Shown here piece after piece: positions 23,406-32,000 of a DNA stretch of 32,000 bases. The notes below the pieces were generated by a model. It ran no database searches. It worked only from the letters and a program-made list of their open reading frames with translations, and was not told where the DNA came from. Position 1 is the stretch's first letter; every line of letters begins with the position of its first letter. Made by a program: the position numbers and the translations under genes. The stretch comes from Wallemia ichthyophaga EXF-994 (Eukaryota; Fungi; Basidiomycota), in contig NW_008806274.1 in NCBI RefSeq assembly GCF_000400465.1, positions 720,244 to 752,243 on the forward strand, read 5' to 3'.

Positions 23406-24653
23406 CTAGAATGATATATTGTCTTTGACACTTTGTTGGATTGCTGAGGTTGTTGAGTGTACATTTTCCCATATCACCCTCACCGCATAATCTGGTTTGT
23501 TCTCTTGAATTTTTTCATCTGAGACTTTGTTAAGGTGGCAGCATAAATCGGCTAAACTTGAACGCATTTGATTTTCATTAGAATCGCTAACCGATTCCTT
23601 CTGATAGCCAGCAACCTTGCACCACTCACCCTCCTCTTCACGTGACAGACACGCCATTCTTAGCGCCATCAGCGTCCTCTGCGATGGCCACGCAGGTGCA
23701 GGATACAGATGTAGAGTGTAGTCATCCCACAAATCATTCTCTTGCAACTGGTCTCTCTTCCAATCCTCTTTAATCAATTGTTTCACCAAATCACTAATGT
23801 TCACCTCTGTGAAAGCGTTCTTCTCCCACCCCAGCACAAAACCATACTCTGCGAGAAGAAAGTCATCACTATGAGGGCCATACATGAAACATATCTCTGT
23901 ATCTGGTGGTATAGTATGAGTTGAGTTATTAACAAGTTCATAACCGCCTTCGCGCAAAGGAATTTCAGGTTTTGGGAGGGCGTTGAAGAGGTTTGTAGTG
24001 TTGGGCGAGGGCGAGGAGTGATTGAGAAGGTCGAGATAGGGGCACAGAGAGAGCTGCGAATCTTTCTCCACGTCCTGGATTGGATAGTAGAGGCAGCGGG
24101 TGTTGACGACGAGCCACGCCCATTTGAACACCTCTGCGATTGGCTGTGTGTGTTTCTGTATCAGTAACTTTGACGCCTCGAAATGACTCCTAAAAGCCGC
24201 GAAATCACTCTCAAACCGGTGTGAGACATGTTCAACCAATTTTCGAACGTGGATGGGCAGCCTGTCTAGCTTCTCCTGTGGCCAGCACAATGGATGGAAC
24301 GAGAAATCGGCTGGGAGTGTATCGAGATAGGGCGATTCGAGACGCGTGCACTCCAAATCGCCCATTCTAAGCCGTGTGAGGTGAGAAGAGAGGATTTGGA
24401 AACTGGTGAGAGAGCGCGGATAGCGTTGTCGGATGGATTCAGACTCCACATTCAGCAAACACTGCTTGGGGATAAATAGAAAGACTTCCGCTGGCTTGTC
24501 GCGTGTAAGTGGGCATCAGCACAGCCAAACTAAACCAACGTGTACGTGGGTGCTGGTGAGGAGAGAGTATCCGCCGTGGCTTGTGAATTGCGGCCGTAGT
24601 GCAGTCACTGCACCGTAATCGGCCACTAAACTATCTTGGAATCGATCCACCAT
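23406..24653 (-). CDS. SET-domain protein lysine methyltransferase (Rkm2/SETD4-like)
   Basis: Exons 24653-24546 (or to 24540) and 24494-23406 (~398 aa). Motifs FIPKQCLLN, WAWLVVNTRCLY, LCPYLDLLNHS and FMYGPHSDDFLLAEYGF. Confidence 0.85.
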
Positions 24654-24739
24654 CGTCGAGTGAGATAAAGCGGGTTTTCTGGGTATTTGAATAGCAAATT
24701 ATAATTCAATTTATATTACGAATTAACTTTAATCTTCCC

Positions 24740-26775
24740 ATGTCCAATTCTCTCGAAACTGAAATCATGCCCGCGCCGCCGCCGCCGCCTGGGAAGCAGG
24801 GCAGCAATCTATACCACAAACTAGAGAAGTTAGAGGAAGCAAAGTGGGTTAAGGGGGATGATGAAGACGCCGCACCAGCTTACGCGCCACACAGTCCATC
24901 TCCCCCTCCCGAAGCGCGTGCGGGAGAAGGTCAAGGGGAAGGTGAGCGAGAGCGGGAGATGGAGCAGAAGCAGAAGCAGCAGCAGCGAGAAGGGGAACAA
25001 GGAGAAGCGATGCCATACAACGCCAGCGCTGTGATGCCGCAAGCGTATCCGGCGCGATATACCAAACCGAGCACATCGCTAGCTCCGCATGTGAAGAAGA
25101 GCGCGCGCAAGCAAACTCAAACTAACGCGCACACTCTCAACAACAATCATGAGTGGTGTGACGCGTGTGGAGGTGAAGGGCGCGTTATCATGTGCGATGG
25201 TTGCGACAGCTCCTTCCATGCTAGCTGCTTCGATCCTCCGATGGATATGGGCGAGGTGGAACTAGGCGAAGATGCAGCGTGGTATTGCCGCACTTGTGCA
25301 CATGCCAAAAGTCAATCTCACCCTCACTCCAACTCCAACTCCACCCAGCCATCCCATTGGGTTGGCCAGCTTTGCCATGCGCGCGATACATCCAACCCTA
25401 CGTCATTCAGTCTACCGGTGGGTATACGCAACTATTTCGTCGGCGGTAGGTGCCTCGATTGGGTTGCGATAACGCGCTAACTGTAAACACCACGCACAGT
25501 CGAAACAGCCCATGATGGGTCTTACTCCACTTCGAACGACTCGAAACCGGTGAAAACGGATCGTTTCGGCGCAGCGCTGACGGAACGCGAAGCATACCCA
25601 ACGCGAGACAAGAATGGTGGGGTAGTGAGGTGTTACAGGTGTCAAGGCACAGCAGCGCCAGCGTTGAGTGAGAGTGGGGATGTTGAGAGTGGCGGGAGTG
25701 TTAATAGCAATAGCAAAAGCAATAGCAAAGACACCCCCAATAATACCAGCAAACACAACACTCACCCACTCATCACCACACCATCTTCTACAAACGCAGC
25801 ACACACGCAATGGCGTAAAATGGTCAGCTGCGATTACTGCAACTGCTACTGGCATCTCGATTGCCTTTCGCCACCTATCACTCACATACCGTCGCTCGCT
25901 CGTATGTGGATGTGCCCTTTGCATGCCGAACATGCAAAATCGATGCATATGGAGGTGAGTATTTTTCTGGTCGCTCTTTCAGCAGACCTCAACTCACACT
26001 CACACTCACAATCCCACTCCTACTTACACCACCAAGATGAAAAACAGAATACCGAAGGAGCACGTAAAAGAGGTAAACAAGAAGTTGGAGAGAAGTGATA
26101 GCGTTACTTTTATAGGCAATAAAAGTAAACGCTCGAAAAAGTTGGATGACCGGCTTGATAAGGAGAAGTTTCACATACCGGAAAGGTCGATACAGCTGGC
26201 ATTTTGGGATAAGCTTTATGACAAGAGTGGGAGAAGGTCTAGGTAGGGGTGGTATTCTTGGTGGATATGAGTATGAGTGCTGATATAACAATACAGACTG
26301 AGCTACTCGAAATCATTCTTGGATGATGAACCAACTATCAACGCAGTAGATGGACTGATGGCGTTATCGAAGCCTACAGCGAGCGAGACACGGAAATTAG
26401 TGAGACGGGTAATGACGGGGAGAAGGGCGACATTGAAGGAGGTGAGTTGGTGGAGTGAATTGATACAGTTGATATTGACAATGAGCACAGGAAAAGAAGA
26501 GGAACCAAGAGGAGACAAAGAAAGAGATGAATACGATGAACATGCCTAATGCGACGAATACGACGAATAAGATGAATAACAAAGAAAGGGAAAGAGAGGG
26601 AGAAGGACAAGAGATATCAGATAGTAGCTCACTCAGTTCAGTGCCGATGAGTGATGATGAAAAAGAAAAGCCACCTCACTATGTGGATCATGCTCGGTAT
26701 AACAAGCTGAGTACGATAGAGAGGCTTTTGCATTTAAAAGGGGAGAAGGAGACAATAGAGTTTTTAAGTCAGTGA
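24740..26775 (+). CDS. Double PHD-finger protein, Rco1/Cph1-Cph2-like (Rpd3S/Clr6 HDAC complex subunit); 3' end uncertain
   Basis: Exons 24740-25445, 25500-25954, 26037-26242, 26297-26441, 26491-26775 (~598 aa). PHD1 is CDACGGEGRVIMCDGCDSSFHASCFDPP..WYCRTC; PHD2 is CYRC..CDYCNCYWHLDCLSPP..WMCPLH; also IPERSIQLAF. A further exon to 26845 or 27161 is possible. Confidence 0.78.
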
Positions 26776-27341
26776 ATCGATTGTAATTATCTTGGTTGTT
26801 GACTGCGATGAGTGGTACACAGCCATTCAAATGGAATCAAAGTAGTAATATACCAAAGCTTAAGCCAACAAACACTAAGAGCCCCAAGTACGTGGACCAT
26901 ATTAGCGTCGGGAGCTGTGTGGCTATACCAGAGGATTTCGTTGTAAATCACCGCACACAGGCCAAGCAGACGGATATAAAGGAAATAAAAAAAATAAAAC
27001 CAATAAAACCAAATTTCAGTCAAAGGACTTCTAGTTTGCAGTGTAATACGCACACACACTCACGCTATCCTAGCAATCTAATCCCAGTGGAGATGAAGGA
27101 GGAATTGAAGTTGGATAAGGATTGGGCAACGAATTTGCTGAATAATGCTTTCAATATGTAGTAGGCATGGTAAAGCACAATGCAGATGGCAATCAGCAAA
27201 CAGCAGACAGCAGACAGCACACAGATATTTATATTTACATTTTATACCCTGGAATTTACTTGATAATATTTTATTTTTATTGATTTGTATTTTACTTGTT
27301 TGATCTCTACTTCCATCTCTAACATACGCCGCATACTCAAC

Positions 27342-28707
27342 ATGTCTTCGTGCGCGGGTTTAAACTGCGTGTCTACAAGCGCAACGATGCAATGTCCTAA
27401 GTGTAAGGATCTCAACATTTCTTCCTTCTTCTGCGGCCAAGACTGCTTTAGGAAAAGCTGGTCGAGCCACAAGACGGTGCACACACAGAACCAGCCCAGC
27501 CAACCCAGCCAAACTACAAACGATCCACATCTCCTCAAACTTGCGGCTGCTCTCCAGCAATCTGGCACCACCGGTATCGGCAAAGGCGAGCCTATCGAAC
27601 AAGGCGCATACGACCCAAATCCAAATCATCCATACACAGGCACACTTAGACCCCACTATCCTCTTTCTCCGAGGTCTGCTGTCCCTCAATCTGTTGCCCT
27701 CCCTGACTACGCTAAAGACGGTACGCTCAACCTCCTCAAAGCCACTTACGGGTGAGTGTTGACTGTCTTCCCTATGCAGGTTACCCACGCGGTGAAACTA
27801 GATTGGCCAAAGGTCTCGCTTCTGTAAAGAGGCTGTCCGAGGTGGAGATTGATACCATGAGACGCGTTTGCAGGGTGCGTGGTTCTTTGTCTCACTCTTT
27901 TTTTACATCCAAATCTAATTTTCTCTTCAGCTCGGCCGATACGTCCTTAATCAGACTGGAAACCAAATCAAGCCAGGTGTCTCCACAGACCAGCTCGATA
28001 AATACGTTCATTCGCTCTGCATGGCCAACAACGCCTACCCGTCTCCGCTCAACTACCATGGTTTTCCAAAATCAGTTTGCACCAGTGTAAATGAAGTCAT
28101 CTGCCACGGCATACCCGACAAGCGCAGACTGAAGCAGGGCGACATTATTAACCTTGACATAAGTCTGTTCAAGAATGGCTTCCACACGGATCTCAATGCT
28201 ACTTTCGCTGTTGGGGAGATAGATGGCGAGAGTCAGCGGCTGATCGACACTACGCGTAGAGCGCTCGATAACGCAATCGCCATCTGCAAACCAGGCACAC
28301 CATACAGGAACATTGGCGGGGAGATACAGCCGACTTGCGACGAGCAGGGCTTCTCAGTCGTCAAGACTTACACAGGTCATGGCGTTGGCAGAGAGTTCCA
28401 TCAGGCGCCAACTATCCTCCATCACTCCAATCTGCGCAGCAAGGGCGAGATGAAAGTGGGGCAGATATTCACTATCGAACCTATGGTAAATGCTAGCAAG
28501 AGCTACCATGTTGAACATTGGAATGATAATTGGACTGCTGTTACTCGCGATGGCGTTAGGAGTGCGCAGTTTGAAGAAGCTATTCTCATCACTGAGGGTG
28601 GTTGCGAGGTTCTCACTGCGGATGACGATTATTCTCCACCTGCTGACCATATCTCCATTCCCCATGTAAAGGCTGATGAGGGTGTTGTCACGATCAGTGA
28701 TATATAG
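27342..28707 (+). CDS. MAP1: Methionine aminopeptidase 1 with N-terminal zinc finger
   Basis: Exons 27342-27720, 27780-27874, 27931-28707 (416 aa). Zinc finger CPKC..FFCGQDCFRKSW..H, GFPKSVCTSVNEVICHGIPD, and metal ligands in NLDIS, HTDLN, GHGVG, TIEPM and AQFEE. Confidence 0.96.
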
Positions 28708-28792
28708 ACATTGACATGATTTTAGGGATTTGCGTATATAGATTTGTATATAGATGGATATTTCTGTGTATATAGACAGATGCATAGTTTTG

Positions 28793-30063
28793 TCATACCT
28801 CACTCCCTATGTAGGTATTCTCCACTCTCTCGAAATAGGGCTTGGCTAAGCGTATGTTCATCTGTATAGCAGATGGTGCTGTAAAGTAGAGTTAAATTAG
28901 TTTGTGCAACACGCACATACCCACGTATATCGATATTCTCCGTTATCACTAGTATGTATGTGTTGATAGTGAGCGGTTCGAGTACCGCGTTGTAGTCCAT
29001 CTCCGTCAGTTGCATTGAGTTGAATTGGTTGTTGAGCTTGGCGCACGACTGCTTGAATGCCTTGATAAGTTGCGATATCTGCTCGAATCTGTGCCTGGAT
29101 ATTGTGAGATTCCGGGTGGGTATGTGAGTGTATTGGTTGGGGTGGGAGTGGTGATGCTGGTGATGCTCCTGCTCTCGCTCCTGCTCACAATCGCAATCGC
29201 ACTCACATTCACACTCCCACTCATCACCACCCTCTAAATCCCACTCCTCGCCGTCCTTGCGCAGTGTCGTCTTCCCAATGACGAGAAAAGTGCTCCTCTC
29301 AAACAGCACCACCTCAGCAGCGTGTGTGGTACTAGCGAAGTGCGCCAATGCACTGCTCATCTTGCCCGACGACGGCAGCAACTTGGTAACTATCTTAGAC
29401 CACGCCTTGTACAGCGACTGATCCCATATGCTAGTCATGTAGCATTCCGTGTGTATGCCCGGTGTACCTCTTCCTGTGTCGAAGAGTGGCTGAAGGGAGT
29501 GAAGAATTTCAGCCTTGCGTCTGCTATACACTAAACAAGCGTCGTGTTTGGCGATAAGATCTGTTTTGTTAATGAGGATGAACAATCTGAGCGGGGTGTC
29601 GGAATTGGTGTCGCTGTCTTTCAAACACTGTAGACTTTGTATAAACCAGTCGAGCTCTTGGGATGCAGCGGATGGGGGAGTGGTGATGTCGAATACGTAG
29701 ATGAGAACACTGACGTTATGGTACAGGTGTGTGTCACTCCCACTCCCGCTTCCCCCTGAATCACAGATAAGCAGACTGAGTGAGTTGAGCAGCTCGAGTG
29801 GGTGGGAGTGTGACTGCGCATGCGACTGCGATGGAGATGGCGATGCGATAGAAGGGGATGCTTGAATATTTGAAGGGTGTTTGTTGCTAAGTGGGTGTCA
29901 GTGTGAGTTTGTGCGCCACCATTCAACACCAGACTAACAAAATAATAGACCTCATCGAAGCTTTACCAGCGCCTATTAAAAATTAGAGTTGGTCTATTGA
30001 ATTTATAGCAACGATCCACCCACCACTCTTTCCCATCAGCAGCACTTTCTTCATCTTCTTCAT
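28793..30063 (-). CDS. GTR1: Rag A/B-type GTPase Gtr1 with degenerate G1/G2/G3 motifs
   Basis: Exons 30063(or 30054)-30024, 29972-29939, 29886-28925, 28878-28793 (~373 aa, frame open throughout). RagA hallmarks are KKVLLMGKSG.GK.SMRSIIF, NVSVLIYVFD, TSIWDQSLYKAWSKIV, VVLFERSTFLVI, RFEQISQLIKAFKQSC and IQMNIRLAKPYFE. Confidence 0.9.
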
Positions 30064-30074
30064 CTTCACCGTCG

Positions 30075-32000
30075 ATGAACAACGACGACAACAGCGACTA
30101 CTGGGCGTATATCGCAGGCATAAGAGATCTGGGCGTGGGCGGGAGCACATCCACTCACCCGACCCAACACATCACCCAGAGCAGCACCAGTAAACAAGAT
30201 AACTCTGAAAGCGATGCTTCTGGTGAAGATGACGTTGAATTGGATTTGGATTTAGATTTAGATTATACGCGTGTGACCCAGCAGCCAGCTCACTTGGCTC
30301 ATCCACATCATCCACCCACCCAAATGAGCCACAACGACGTAGAATCGCGCAACCAGCGTGAAAGTCGCATCAGAAGCGATCTCACCACCGCCAGTGCCTC
30401 TTACATAAACGAAACGCTCAACCAGCGCACCAAACGCGACAAACAGGGCTCGAATCCGAAACGCGATGCAGGTAGTTCGGGCGACGCGGATAACGGAGTT
30501 GATAACGCAGGTAACAACAGAAATACTAGCACAAACAGTGGACACAGTCTACGCTGTGCTTATTGCTTGGGCGACTACGCGTATAATAACAAGACGCAGA
30601 GACAAGAAGCTATGGTGACATGTGCACGCTGTGCGAGTAGTGGTGGGTAGCACCGTAGTTGATATCACCCGATTTCTAACAACCCCCAAAAACAGCTCAC
30701 CCTACCTGTTTGCACTTCACACCTACCCTCACACAAAACGCTCAGGCATACGACTGGTGTTGCGTCGATTGCAAAGGGTGCGAGGTTTGCAGACATAAAG
30801 GAAACGAGGATGATATCATCTTCTGCGACTTATGCGATCGTGGTTGGCACATGCATTGCTTGAGTCCTGCCATCACTCAACCCCCACCGGGTGATTTTGC
30901 CTGTCCTGTGTGTAGAGGTGTGTCTTATCAGCAGCGGGTTGAGGAAGAGGAAGATAAAAGGAGAGAGGAAGAGAAGGAGAAGGATAAAGAGAAAGAGACA
31001 TTGATAGCACAGTCTACTTCCCCTACAAACACCAATCACACAACGAAACATACCACTACAAACCCAAGTCTCCCACACCACACCTCACAATCACCTCTAG
31101 CTCTACAACTCCAAATGCAGCTGCAGAATCCAACGCTCGCCCCAACTTTCCAACCTCCGCCGCCAATGCACGACAACCAACCAACACCGCGACAATCAGC
31201 AACCATCCTCAACGCTAGTAAAGCAATGCTGATGGGAAGACAGACACTGCCGCACTCACTTCTCCCTCAAACGCCCGATTTAAGCACTGTGGTTCCCACT
31301 GAGACACCACTCAAAAGAGGCAGAGGTAGACCACCAAAGAAAGTGCAGGATGGCCCATTAGGTACTCCTCACTTATTCAAGGATAAGCCTGATAAACCTA
31401 AAAATCCGGTTGGGAGGCCACCAGGACCGAGAGCGTCACTAAGTGCTCCCAAGAGAATAAACACTTTTGTCGTTATCGATAATGATGAAGATAAGCTTGT
31501 GGAGAAGGAAAAGAAAGAGAGGGATGAGAGAGAGGAGAAGGAGAAGGAGGAGAAAATTGATATGGGAAAAAAGAAACATGCTGAGAATATGCAGGTGGAT
31601 GGCCAACCACATAAGCAAGAACATCGACAATCACCTTATCCAGAGACTCGGGACGACTCAGGGCAGCAGCCGATGGAGGGTGTGGATACTGCTGAGAGTG
31701 CTGCTCCATCTGCACCTGTTGAACAGTCTTATAGGGAAATGCAGCAACTCCAGCAAATCTCCCAAAAAACCCTCCAACAACCTCCTCATCCACACCATAT
31801 TAACAGTGAAGACAAGGAGAATGAGCACGACACAGAGGATAATGACCCATTTGGTGGTGTGCTCAAACCCGATGAAGCCCAAGTGCTACATACGACCCCA
31901 CATGCGGAAGAGAAGAACAAATTTGAAATTACACGCAGAAGAGCTGAGGTAGGTTTCCAGTTTGCTTTAGCTTTCCCTTACATCCCGACTAACAACCACC
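30075..32000 (+). CDS. Double-PHD-finger (DPF) and AT-hook chromatin protein, probably a Sas3/MOZ-type MYST histone acetyltransferase (5' part; truncated by the window end)
   Basis: Exons 30075-30642 and 30696-31948, then an intron donor GTAGGT at 31949. Contains a DPF (CAYC..CARC..HPTC..WCCVDCKGCEVC..FCDLCDRGWHMHCL..CPVC), AT-hooks KRGRGRPPK and VGRPPG, and DPFGGVLKPDEA..FEITRRRAE, which I recall as the segment preceding the MYST domain in fungal Sas3. The MYST domain itself is not in the window. The long second exon is absent from the ORF track. Confidence 0.7.

Noticed and set aside
27750-27779. Internal GTGAGT inside MAP1 intron 1 as an alternative donor
   Set aside because: It would give a ~28-nt intron, well below the 44-nt minimum seen here, and would insert non-conserved residues.
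15790-32000. Apparent cluster of chromatin and replication genes (MCMBP, ASF1, SET, Rco1-like, DPF/MYST)
   Set aside because: They are interspersed with unrelated housekeeping genes, the SET protein looks like an Rkm-type non-histone methyltransferase, and chance in a dense genome is sufficient.
1-32000. tRNA, rRNA, snRNA genes and transposable elements
   Set aside because: I saw no T-loop/B-box cloverleaf, rRNA-like sequence, transposase or reverse-transcriptase motif, LTR or terminal inverted repeat by eye. A covariance-model scan would be needed to exclude small ncRNAs.

Overview
Eukaryotic, intron-rich fungal DNA. It is basidiomycete-type and extremely compact; gene density, ~45-60 nt introns and gene content suggest a Wallemia-like yeast or mould, but this is inference. 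By hand-splicing GT-AG introns I reconstruct 19 protein-coding genes in 32 kb: an EST1/SMG6-like PIN protein, a mitochondrial TPR-like protein, CKS1, a CNH-like+GYF protein, LCL3 nuclease, the ADP/ATP carrier, CNS1, REI1, VCX1, MCMBP, a PPR protein, NOC2, ASF1, a MIC26/27 MICOS subunit, a SET-domain methyltransferase, an Rco1-like double-PHD protein, MAP1, GTR1/RagA and a DPF/AT-hook protein (probably a SAS3/MOZ-like MYST acetyltransferase, cut by the window end). I recognised no tRNA, rRNA, CRISPR array or transposon. The main observations are: (1) an intact but strongly degenerate Gtr1/RagA whose P-loop Thr, switch I and catalytic Gln are all altered, a candidate pseudo-GTPase; (2) a 5' splice-site preference for G at +4 (GTGGGT in 13 of 39 inferred introns, GTAAGT only once); (3) consecutive 9-nt and 6-nt micro-exons in CKS1; (4) head-to-head start codons only 11-86 nt apart and convergent stops 12 nt apart. 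All exon models are manual and have not been checked against RNA data.
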